Assembly (NCBI GenBank): GCA_965637545.1
Contig: OZ281498.1
Span: 21,638,001-21,702,000, forward strand
Source of the DNA: Phallusia mammillata
Taxonomy: Eukaryota
Direction: 5' to 3'
DNA length: 64,000 nt
Part shown: positions 1 to 10,641 of the stretch, in pieces
Layout: every line of letters starts with the position of its first letter
Position numbering within the stretch: position 1 is the first letter of the stretch
Notes under the pieces: generated by a model
Database searches by the model: none
What the model saw: the letters and a program-made list of their open reading frames with translations, nothing else
Told to the model about the DNA's origin: nothing
Program-made: the position numbers and the translations under genes

Positions 1-899
1 CAAACCCACACAAGGTAATAAATTAAAGCGTTCATTGTCCAACAGTCACGTATGCATGTTCTTACAACACAAGCGCAAATTTAAACTTAAAAACAGCAGC
101 GTTAGGGTCAGCGGGCGGACATAGGGCTACTATGATAGGTATCGACATTCCATATTAGAACGATTTCAATTGAGGTCGGAAGCTCATTTAGCAAATTGCT
201 TTGGTTCAAAAGGTCTTTGTGGTCTCTTATGATTGAGTTCATGAGATCGACGAAGATTTGATTGCAAGTGTTGGCTCAAAAAAAGAATTTTACCTTAGTT
301 GTTCAAGACTTGGTTCAGACACGTGGCGCCTGTATAGAAGCGTTTGTGTTTTTCTAACCTCAGCTCGGGAGTTAACATCCTGATTTAATACTCTTTTTCT
401 GAATATAGGCTTGCCTTCTAAAAAAGATTTGAAGGAATTTTGCCTATATGGATACGAATTTTCATGTTACATGTCAATTGCACGTACGCTTTCAGCTGGT
501 AGAAATTATGTTTAGGCAGAGTGGATATAATGGTGGTACGTGAAATGAATTTGTGATGTGGCAACCAATGGAAGGTTATCCATAACCAAATGTAGTGACT
601 GGCTAGTTTTAGAGAGTATCTCTGTGTTTTCAAATTGTGAAAAAGACACTACGAAAAAACAGGCATAGCTTTTAGGACAAAAGTGATACGTAGAAAGGTA
701 TTAGTGAGCCTGGTTCAGATCGATATGTATGCCTAGCTACTTAAAACGAATTAATCTAACGGAACTATATGACAAGGACTATTTAAGCACAAAATTAAAA
801 CCAAAAAACTTGTTTCTTTTTTTGCAGATCCTGTCAAATACAGAACAAAAAATTATAAAAACTGAAAATACAAAAAAAAATTAAATAAAATTAGCAACC

Positions 900-2917
900 A
901 TGAGTTTTGGCGGCACTTGGGTTTTGCAAACCCAGGAGGGTTACGAAGCCTTCATGGGTCTGATGGGTACGTAAAAATGTCAGCGCAAACTTGTAAAGAT
1001 GTGGTAAATGTGCTATTGTAACTGTGACCTTTGGCTAACAAATGTCATTAAAAACATGACTTTACCGTCATATACTTAAGTTCACACACAGTTTGTTGAT
1101 TTCTTTTAGTTTTGTGTATATAGTAGGGTAAGGTAGTACAAAAATCAATAAACCGTTTGCGATGCCGAGTGTGAAACGAAAAAAAAAACATAATAGTTTT
1201 AGTATGCTTTATATAAAGCTGGACTCTTTAGTATTTCAGGTATTCAGGAGCCTTTTAGTATTCAGGAGCCATGACACGATTTCTGTAATTTTTCGTGTCC
1301 CAATCACCAAAGCACATAAAAAATTCTAACATGCATTTTCGTCACGATTGGAGTAATATGTTCAACGTTTGTGTCGATTCGGCGAAAGCTGCTTATAACC
1401 TGCAAAAATGTCCAAACGTTTTTCATCAACGTGCAAATGTTAATCTTTTTACCCACGTTCAAACAGCAAAGGGTGATCAAGACAGAGTTAAAAGTCGTGC
1501 CGGGTTCGGGCTAAAATTTCAATAAAACTGACTAGATTAAGACCTGACTTTGCATTCAGTATCATTTGTGCCGCAAATTTGCCAACTTTTGGGCCTGTTT
1601 CCGGCTTTGTTCAAAAGAAAAACAGGATCGGGGCGGGTTTCGCGCTTGTACTTTCCGTTGAAGGCCTGCTTACAGCTTTGGATTGAGGATCCCTAGTGAA
1701 ACTCAAGTTGCATTAAATCTCACGCGGAGCTTGTGTGTAAGCTTTGTGTTTTGCTACAAATTAGATTTATGCCCTCCGATAGAAATCGTGTAACCGGCAA
1801 TGAATGCAATATAGTAAACATTTCAAACTGAATGGTGTTTGTGTATGGTTGTTATTCCATGACTACAGTTTAACCATAATACAAAGTAATTACGTTCATC
1901 GTGCATCTAGATAAGGGATGTTGTACAAAAACTTTGCAAAGCCGAGTTTCCGAATTATCCCCCAGACCCTTCAGCATTTATTTAATGCGTCGTTTTCTAT
2001 GAATGAAACTGTACATTGTATATATACACTCTATAGGGTACACAAAGTATTAATTACACGAGTAGGGCCATTAAAAAGCTCTTTTCGGCCGCGTATAAAC
2101 TACATACATACGTTGTTTTATGAGTTTAACATTTTGTGGCAAAACAGGTGTTCCCGATCAATACATACAGGCTGGCAAAAACGCACCGGTCTTACTAATC
2201 ATCAACCAAAGTGGGGATCAGTTTTCGGTGGAGACAAAAACTGGACCTCAATCTTGGACCGATACTTTCGAAATCGGAAAACCAGCCAAGATCACAGGGC
2301 CTGGGAGGAAACAAATGGACGTAGGTCTAGAAGTACAGTTTTTATCAGTGGTTTTATCAATGTTTGTGCCCTATTGCATGTTTTCACCCTGTGTGGTGTT
2401 ATAAGAATGATTGTGTTGTTGGGTAGTGTGACATTACCCGGGTGAAGACGCACGAATAAGACGTCAAAACGTCGGATTGGGTTGTTTATAATTGCCGGTT
2501 GAGCAAGAAAACAAGCTTGTACGTTTGGCTATACTGGCCTTTGTAATCATAATATTCCAATCTGAAATCTAACATTTAAAAACCAAACAATGTTTAGACT
2601 GTGGTGCGACTAGAAGATGGAAAATTGCTTGGAGAATACAAAGTACCAGGGGCAACCATTCGTGCGTGTCGAGAATTGGACGGCGATTTACTCTATGATG
2701 TAAGTCAAGTTGTTAAATAGTGAAGACGAGGTAACGAAAAACGTTTTTTTTTTTATTGTCAAAATGATGCATCAGCTGCGTGAAAACTACCGCAATAAAA
2801 ATCTTACACAATCAGAACTATTTATATTTACTTTTTTACATGACAAGACCTCAAATTTTGTTTTAGATTTTGTCGGTTGCCAACGTCACCTTCAAGCGGA
2901 CGTTTAAGCGAACTTAA
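900..2917 (+). CDS. FABP: Fatty-acid-binding protein (intracellular lipid-binding protein, FABP1/2/6-like), 130 aa, 4 exons
   Basis: Exons 900-966, 2148-2320, 2598-2699, 2867-2917 (67/173/102/51 nt, the canonical iLBP layout), all GT-AG and in phase. Translation MSFGGTWVLQTQEGYEAFMGLMG-VPDQYIQAGK...TFEIGKP...-TVVRLEDGKL...RELDGDLLYD-ILSVANVTFKRTFKRT*. A 5' UTR acceptor (ttttttgcag) ends at 827. Confidence 0.9.
1483..1680. mobile_element. Degenerate MITE of a CAGAG-ended family with internal GGGTTCGGGC/CCCGA motifs
   Basis: Imperfect TIRs cagagttaaaag / cttacagctttg. Same internal motifs as 29082-29235 and fragments near 9125, 9640-9740 and 15147-15210. Confidence 0.5.
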
Positions 2918-3446
2918 TTTCCGCTAGGTGACGCCCAGATTACCTTTCCTGAATTTACAAGAAGATGGCACGTGTTGCAACGTACATTGCATCGAAATTG
3001 TCTACTCACTTTATTGACCGCTTCATAATTTTTTTTATCTGCAACAGTGAATATGTAGTTTGGCGTTCAGATTTCGCTATTGACAGTAACTGCTGTCAGT
3101 GAACTTTTGTGTAAAAAATGAAACTTTAAAATATAAGTCTAATCGTCTACCAGCCGATAACGTGAGAGAATATCTAGCGACTGGTTTGAATAAAATGTAC
3201 ATTTGCTGATGCGTCGTGAGTAATTTTTCAGTTCCGCTATTTCAGACGCTATAAATCACATTGTAATGTAAATGTCGAGTCATTTGAAAGCACATAGGTT
3301 GTAACCTTTTCAGACAAGTAAATTCCCCGCAATGTGTGAATCACAGCACACGATAAACTAGTTTGTGTACAGCTGTTAACATCATTGGTTTGAGACGAAA
3401 AAGTTGACCTTCATTGCTTCATATATAAAAGAGCGTTCGTACTAGA

Positions 3447-3690
3447 TGTTTACGTGAGATTGGAATGTATGAGAAGAAAAATGGGTATTGAATTTGTCTG
3501 CAAATGAAGCAATCGCAGAGAAAGACCTGTAAGGCTACAGTGACGCTCTAAGCTCAATGGGGACCGTTTATATTACTTGTTTACGTGAAATTGGAACTTA
3601 AGAGTAGGGAGTATTGAATTTGTCTAACCATGAAACAATCGCACAGAAAGGACTGTAAGGCAATAGTGACGCTTTTAGCTTAAGGGAAAC
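3447..3690 (+). repeat. Two-copy ~125-bp tandem repeat inside each duplication unit (second pair at ~4605-4840)
   Basis: Repeated blocks gtttacgtga(g/a)attggaa...gtattgaatttgtct...gcaatcgca...ctgtaaggc..(c/t)agtgacgct. Confidence 0.8.
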
Positions 3691-4016
3691 CTTGGTTACG
3701 GCTTTCGAGTCTTGCTGGGTAAATTTGTTTGCCTTTAGTTCGTTTTAACGTTAGTCAGTCTCGTTGAAGATTAAAGCAATTTCAGTTTAAACCGAATTTG
3801 AGTGTATTAACCTTTGCAGTAGCGAATGTAGGTAAGCGTTTGAAAAAGCTATAAAAGCAAAAACAAAGCATAGAGGGGAACACTAAATACGGATCTGTTC
3901 TTAAGTTTAATAATAGAATAACGGCCAAAATAGACGTAAAAACTACGTGACTCAAGTGGATATAAACAGGTGTAACTGTTGTGGCCCTTCATGTCACTGA
4001 TGAAATTTTGTTTTAG

Positions 4017-4067
4017 ATTTTGTCGGTTGCCAATGTCACCTTCAAGCGGACGTTTGAGCGAACTTAA
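4017..4067 (+). CDS. Duplicate FABP terminal exon (ILSVANVTFKRTFERT*): alternative last exon or pseudo-exon
   Basis: Intact acceptor aaattttgttttag; 49/51 nt identical to 2867-2917 (AAC>AAT silent, AAG>GAG Lys>Glu). Confidence 0.6.
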   Translation: MLSVANVTFKRTFERT

Positions 4068-5034
4068 TTTCCGCTAGGTGACGCCCAGAGTATCTTTCCT
4101 GCATTCACAAGAAGATGGCACGTGTTGCCACGTACATTGCATCGAAATTGTCTACTCACTTTATTAACCGTTTCATTAATTTTTTTATCTGCAACAGTGA
4201 AAATTTGGTTTGGTGTAATGATTTTGCAATTGACAGTAACTGCTGTCAGTCGACTTTTGTGCAAAAAAATACTTTACAATACAAGTCTTCGTCTACTAGC
4301 CGTTAGCGTGACAGCAAATAAAGCTATACTGGTTCAATTAGAATGTACAGTCATTTGATGATGCGTCGTGGCTATATTTTTTCATTTCCGCTCTTACAGA
4401 CGCTATAAATCACGTTGTAAATGTCGAGTTATTTGAAAAAACATAGGCTGTAACCTTTTCAGGCAAGTAAAGCCCCCACAATGTGTGAATCACAACACAG
4501 GATAAACTAGTTTGTGTACAGCTGTTAACACCAGTGTTTTAAAACGAAACAGTGACCTTCGTGGATTCAGTGTATTCGGTATAAAAGAGCGTTCATATTA
4601 GTTGTTTACGTGAAATCGGAATTTCGAAAAGAAAAGCGGTATTGGATTTGTTTGTAAATGAAGCAATCGCAAAGAAAGACTTGTAAGGCTATAGTGACGC
4701 TTAAAGCTCAATGAAAACCGTTCGTATTACTTGTTTACGTGAAATTGGAATGTGGAAAAGTGCAAAGAGTATTGAAATTGTCTGCCCATGAAAGAATTGC
4801 ACAAAGACCTGTAAGGCGACAGTGACGCTTTTAGCTAAAGGGAAACCTTGGTTACAGCTTTCGGTTTATTGCTGGGTAAATTTGTTTACTTCGCTTTGTT
4901 TTACCGTTAGTCAGTCTCGCTGAAGATTAAAGCAATTTCAGTTTAAACCGTTGTATTTGAGTGTATTAACCTTTATAGTAGCGAATTTAGGCAAGCGTTT
5001 GAAAAAGCTATAAACGCAAAAACAAAGCATAGGG

Positions 5035-5359
5035 CAGGGGTTCCCAAACTTTTTTGGTCTGTGGCCCAAATGTCTATTTAATAGCGATTCGTGGCTCACC
5101 GCGTGCTGTAAATTGGGGCACAAAAAAAAAATAACTCAAAAACAGGCGAAATGGTTTCTGGCAATTTATTTTTAATGGGATGCTCTGAAATTTGGCTACA
5201 AGATTCGGAATTCTTTGCAAATATTATGTTTTTCAAAACAAAGCGCATAATATCTGCAGTATAGCGAAACAGTAGAATCTGTTCAAATGGCTCTGTGGCC
5301 CATTGAAAATGTCTTGATGGCCTAGTACTGGGCCATGGCCCACAGTTTGGGAACCACTG
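5035..5359. mobile_element. hAT (Buster-type) MITE, 325 bp
   Basis: TIRs caggggttcccaaact / agtttgggaaccactg (15/16); perfect 8-bp TSD GCATAGGG; absent at the homologous site of unit 1 (~3868). Confidence 0.93.
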
Positions 5360-5482
5360 GCATAGGGGAACACTAAATACGGATCTGTTCTTAAGTTTAA
5401 CAATAAAATAACGGCCAAAATAGACGTAAAAACTACGTGACTCAAGTGAAAATAAACAGGTGTAACTGTTGTGGCCCTTCAT

Positions 5483-5522
5483 GTCACTGATGATGGCATG
5501 ATCATTTGGCGAAACGTTTGAT
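5483..5522 (+). ncRNA. Minimal type-I hammerhead ribozyme-like motif (Penelope-like element relic) with a degenerate stem II
   Basis: gtca-CTGATGA(5487-5493)-17 nt-GAAACGTT-tgat, followed by AATAAA. Palindromic ACGT helix III; flanked by a 27-bp inverted repeat (5406-5432 / 5539-5565). Confidence 0.5.
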
Positions 5523-7023
5523 TAATAAAGCATTTCGCTTTTAACATCTATTTAGGCCGTTATTTGATCAATAAAGCATGGTCATTTAATTGTCATTCGT
5601 CACTACAAAAACTTTTTCTTTCCAAACATTGGTTTCATTTGAGTAATTTTACACATTTGTATATATGTGTAGATTTATCGTTGAGGCAAACAAAGTGCCT
5701 ATTTGCTTGTTTAGCCGCGTTATGTCATAACCGGATATACCAATGACGTTATAGTCATCGAGCTAGCATATGCATTGAGGTCTATAGTATCTACGAAACA
5801 CTATTAGGCTTTTCTACGCAGCTATTAGCTCAACACAACATGAAGAAATTGTTCTGCAAATTTGAGTGGCAGCATTTCTCAAATATTTAGTTGACATAGC
5901 GGTGATATGAAAAGGTTGTAGTACGTGTGGGCCAGTACACTTAACCTAAAGGTCCGTGCATGGGCTCACGTTTCATTGGGTTTGTGTATATGAGGTCATT
6001 GAAACGTGTTCAAAATAGGAACAGTCAATCTCAGACCAGCTAAGTCACAAGGCTTTGTTTGTCAAGTTTCCAAGCTGAGCAAATAACATTAAGGCAGTAA
6101 AAATGTTAAATCAGGCCCGTTGTAATAACTAAAACCTTTGTAGCCAGAAACTGGTGATTACCAAGCTAGTAAAAGCCATGGAATCTTTTTCAGTGTTAAC
6201 ACGTTTCATCCAAATACAGCAAACGTGCTTGTTTTGTCAACTGAACGAGCTATAAAAGCAAAATAGGTGAAAGTTTAATCAGCCTGGGCAACGAAATTTC
6301 TTTTATTTAAAAGGCGCTTATAGCAGTTGAAGCTCAGACTGAAAAGGCAATTTATTTTGGTCGGTTTTGTTTCCGTTCTTTACACCATTTGGTTAACGAC
6401 ATGAAATTAGAGTTTTATAACGTGTCTGGATTCCTTCTTTGCCCAATGGCCTTGCTATGCCTGTTTGTTATGTACTCAAACATTCCTAAAGCTATCTTTA
6501 GTCAGTTTAGTATGGTTGGAATGCTAGCTGCCAGTAAAAGTCAGGCTCCAGAAAAAGATATTTAAGTGCTTTTTACAACCACAATACGAAACAAAACTAT
6601 GAAACAGAAGAATAGTGAAGTATATTGAAGTCCATTTAAGCGTTATTAGTAGAACCGTCTTGTAACTATGATATTACTGTGCTTTCTGGTGATGATTTGG
6701 ACAAGTGCATTGCTATGCAGTCGGTTTTAGCCGAATCATATGTCCTATAGTGTCTTCCTCGGTGCAAGTTTGTAACGAGAGCAGTTATGTTTTTCAATGT
6801 CAATGTCAGGTTTTCGTTTTTCTATGAAAGTGTTTCATGGAATCATAAGTTCATGACGACTTCAAGCAGTTAGGTTACTGTAGAGTTATTCGTTACAATA
6901 GTCAACAATTTGGCTTAAATTATCATGCTGTATCACGAAATAAAAATAAAAGCATAAATGCAGAACTGTAGTTTATACTTACTTAAAACTATACTAATAT
7001 TTACAGAGTTACAAATAAACAGT

Positions 7024-8712
7024 ATGACTGAAGAAAGTGATGCAAAAAAACTAATTGCGGCAGCAACCGCTGCTAGGCAACACGCTTATTGTCGCTACAG
7101 CGAATTCCGGGTTGGTGCGGCTGTAATGACTGAAGACAGGACAATTATTGGCGGGTGCAACGTGGAAAATGCATCTTTCCCTGTTGGTATTTGTGCCGAA
7201 CGAACAGCAATCGTAAAAGCCGTGTCTGAAGGCCATAAAAGTATTATTGCCTGCGCTGTGATCGGGTGGAGCGACGTTCCGCAAAAGTACGTTAATTTTT
7301 TAGTGTTTTTTTGTGTTTTGTGTTTTTTGTTACAAATTGAGCAATCAAATAATGTGATCAAATTTTAATGTCAACCTGTTCAATACCGGATATGACTCGA
7401 CTAAACAAATCTTCATTTTCCATATAATCAAATACCTTGTTGCCAAATCATTGTACGTCGGACCTATTGAAGGTGTTATACCCAATCAGCCCGCCACCAG
7501 CATTCCCAAACGGCAAGGCGTAGGCTAGAAAAAATCACCGTGGTTCAAAATAGAGTTTAACTTAATTAACTTACGAAGAGAGGATTTCGTGAAAAAACAT
7601 TGAAATATTTTTGCCGACACTCCTTTGTCAACCAAGATAATTTTTTCCGTAAATGCACAAGTGTGAATTTTTTCAACCTTCTTGCCGATTTTATTAATTT
7701 TCCAACACAGCAGTGCCAGACTAAAAAAACCCACTTCGGTTTGCCATTCACCTTAGTTCGCGTTTAAATTGTACGACCCTATCGAGTTGAAACGACTGTA
7801 ACCGCAGATAATAACCAAAAGTCCAAGCTGGTATCCGATTCAAACTGCTACGTTTTGATGGTAACCATAAATTTGTTTTTACGCTTTTTAGAGTTATCCC
7901 TGACACTTGTCTCACCCCATGTGGAATGTGCAGACAGGCATTGAAAGAGGTACGTTTAAATTTACACTATTTTTTCATTTTTTTAGTTAAGTTTGTCCCC
8001 AGAAGAAAAAACCTTATTGTTTGTAAATATTGTTTGTAAAAGAAAGTTAACGATTTTAAATTTGCTTTGAGTAGGATATTTACCCATATATTTTTTTAAC
8101 TATTTATTGAGGATTACATCCTATTTAAGTGACACTTAAATAGTTCCAAATAAAGTGTTTGTATATATTTTTTTATAAGTTCCATGTTTTAATGCAGGGG
8201 TCGGCAACCTTTTTTGCACTGCGGACCGGTTTGGAAACTAAAATTTTATCGCGGACCGGTCTTCAAAAAACTACAAATATATAGCTATAAAAACACTTAA
8301 ATTAGTTTATCATGCCAGGGATACATGGGCAAAATGGTTTATAGCATTTAACCTGAAAAATTATACGGCCCGGTAACGAACTCTTCGCAGACCGGTACCG
8401 GGTCGCGGACCGGCGGTTGCCGACCACTGTTTTAATGAATTTAATTTCCAAGTCGAATAATGTTACAACGTATTCCAATTTACCAAACCAGAAATGTAAT
8501 CGGGCCTTAACCGAAAATGCAAGCCTAAACCTGATGGTACCTGGTGAAAATGTTTAAACTAGCCACAACTTATCTTGCTGATAGTATTTGTTTATTTGCA
8601 GTTTGACAAAGATATGACAATCTACTGTGCGGCCAAGGACGGAAGTTACGAAACGGTTACGCTTGCAGAACTATTGCCCAGATCATTCGCCTCCAAGAAT
8701 TTAAACGTCTAA
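7024..8712 (+). CDS. CDA: Cytidine deaminase paralogue 1 (homotetrameric type), 136 aa (143 aa if the downstream donor is used)
   Basis: Exons 7024-7265 (or -7286), 7892-7949, 8602-8712. Motifs GCNVENASFPVGICAERTA, PCGMCRQ, LLPRSF. Confidence 0.92.
8195..8429. mobile_element. hAT MITE, 235 bp, in CDA1 intron 2
   Basis: TIRs caggggtcggcaacc / ggttgccgaccactg; perfect TSD TTTTAATG; internal CGGACCGG repeats. Confidence 0.92.
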
Positions 8713-9292
8713 TTTTTATCCGAGAGAAAGTTTTTTGCAGTGCCCAAATGTGAAATATTAGAACAGCCCTTATTGCTATTTTTCTTGTTGTGATTTGTTC
8801 ATAGCTTTAGATTTTTATGCATTCAAAGTTCACTGTGCTCAATGTTGTCTGATTTACTTCTTAGCAATTATCCTCGCTTCAAAATCGCAGATAAAAAACT
8901 GTATTAAACATATATTTTTGTTGCTTTGATTGTACTATTCCCACCACCAAATGAATGATTTGTTACCAAAATTCATATGTGTTTCTTTGAGTATAATGTG
9001 GTTACTTATGTACGCAAACTATTATTCAAAGAGTAAAATAAACGATATGCAAGTTTCATTCGATCTGTCTTGCAACTTATAAAAAAATCTTATTGCACAC
9101 ACACACAAAGGTTTCTTAAAAAAACGGGCCTGATTCGAGCCTGACTTTACAATCTGTGTCAGTATTTTTAAAAATAAATTTAACAAGCTAAGTAGCTAGT
9201 TGCTGGACCTAACCTTATGTGAAACAGCCCTAAAACGTTTAAGACCAATTGTCAATTGTGTTTGTTGACTTGGTGTTTCTGAAGCTTTAATG

Positions 9293-9610
9293 CAGGGGTG
9301 TGCAACCTGCGGCCCGCGGGCCAAATGCGGCCCTTGATTAAAGGTTGTCCGGCCGCAGAGACGCTTGGATTTCAAAAGTACTGGCAAAGGAGTTCAACTA
9401 TTATATATTTTTGAGCAGATTATTGCTTCCGATGCTATTTTGCTGCGACCTGGCAATTTGTCGCTAAAATCAAATGCGAATTTTACTTGTAGTTAAGCAT
9501 ATTTGGAATGCAACAAAGTAAAACCACCTTGTGTTATACACAGGTGCGGTATGCGTTCTAATTTTGGCAATTGTATTTAGCCCCACAGTGACAAAGGTTG
9601 CACACCCATG
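9293..9610. mobile_element. hAT MITE, 318 bp (family also at 11981-12305, 23453-23754, ~28250 and ~62521-62713)
   Basis: TIRs caggggtgtgcaacct / aggttgcacacccatg; perfect TSD CTTTAATG. Confidence 0.92.
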
Positions 9611-10641
9611 CTTTAATGTATTATACGCCTGTCAATCAAACTTTCCGGCCTGAGCGGCCTTCTTAAAAACAATTCGGTTCGGGCCGGGTTTCGGGCTTTT
9701 ATTTTTGGGTTCGGGCTGTAGTTTTAGGCCTGTTTAATACTGTGTTGTAAACCTTCCCCGAAAAAAGGTGCAATCAAAAGGCAAAACGCGTCAAGAGAGT
9801 GAATTTACCGGTTAAACTGCCATAATCCAGTCCACAAACCCATTATAAACAGGAAGTAGTAGCCTTTATGGACAAAACAAACACACCCAGTTGGCATAGG
9901 ACGGTTAATCCAACTCACAGTTGCACATTCGTCAAACTAGTTCCTTGCATCAAAGCACATTACAGTCTGTTAAATCGTCGTACAGTGAAGGCAACTGTTT
10001 AATTATGAAAGGCGCATGTTATAGCAGTTGTAAATTTGAGTGCTGCTAAACATACAGCCAAAAGATAGGAGTTGGTTTAAGCGAAGTTAGAAGGGCCTCA
10101 TTATAAGAGGATCCCGTTGCGTGTTTTGTTTTAGATTTCATAGCTTCAGATCAGTAACCTTAAGTTATTAAGGTATGAGGTAAAAAATTAAAATTAAAAC
10201 AAATTTCTGATTTGGTCGCAGTATTTTAAGTAAAATGCACATTTTGAGTCATATGGGGAAATAACCGTAGTTTGTTGTAGAGTTGTTGTATTCGCTTACA
10301 TGAACCGAGAAAGCCATAAACATTTGATGAAATATATTTTCTGTGAGAATACTAACGATTGATTCTGTTTGGCCCAGGGTTTTGGATTATATTGTTGTAG
10401 AATTTAAACGCAGCGATTAGGAACTTTAATGGGAAAATAATCAAGTTGAAGTCTTTTAGTCAAGAGTTTTAAGCGAGCTCTGCGTAACTAACTATACAAC
10501 GTCTGAACAATTTTTGTTAAAAACCTGAATTAGCCCGGAAGTTTGGCTTGCTTATAATTTCTTATCTCATTATTTTTCAGCTATTTTGTTTCCAAAAAAA
10601 TTGATCCATATTATAAAGCCAAAACCTTAAATAAAACTAGT

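Larger units (their letters stand above)
2853..5492 (+). repeat. Tandem duplication (1150-bp unit) of the FABP last exon, 3' UTR and downstream DNA
   Basis: Unit 1 is 2853-4002; unit 2 is 4003-5492 and is longer because of a MITE. The two align along their length; junction ctgatg|aaattttgttttag. Confidence 0.95.

Noticed and set aside
1918-2445. 175-aa ORF
   Set aside because: Out-of-frame overlap with FABP exon 2 and its introns; no coherent protein signal.
2435-2478. Hammerhead-like gtgaaga...aaaacgtcgg in FABP intron 2
   Set aside because: Both core boxes are mutated (C3 and G12) and stem II is poor; at best a dead relic.
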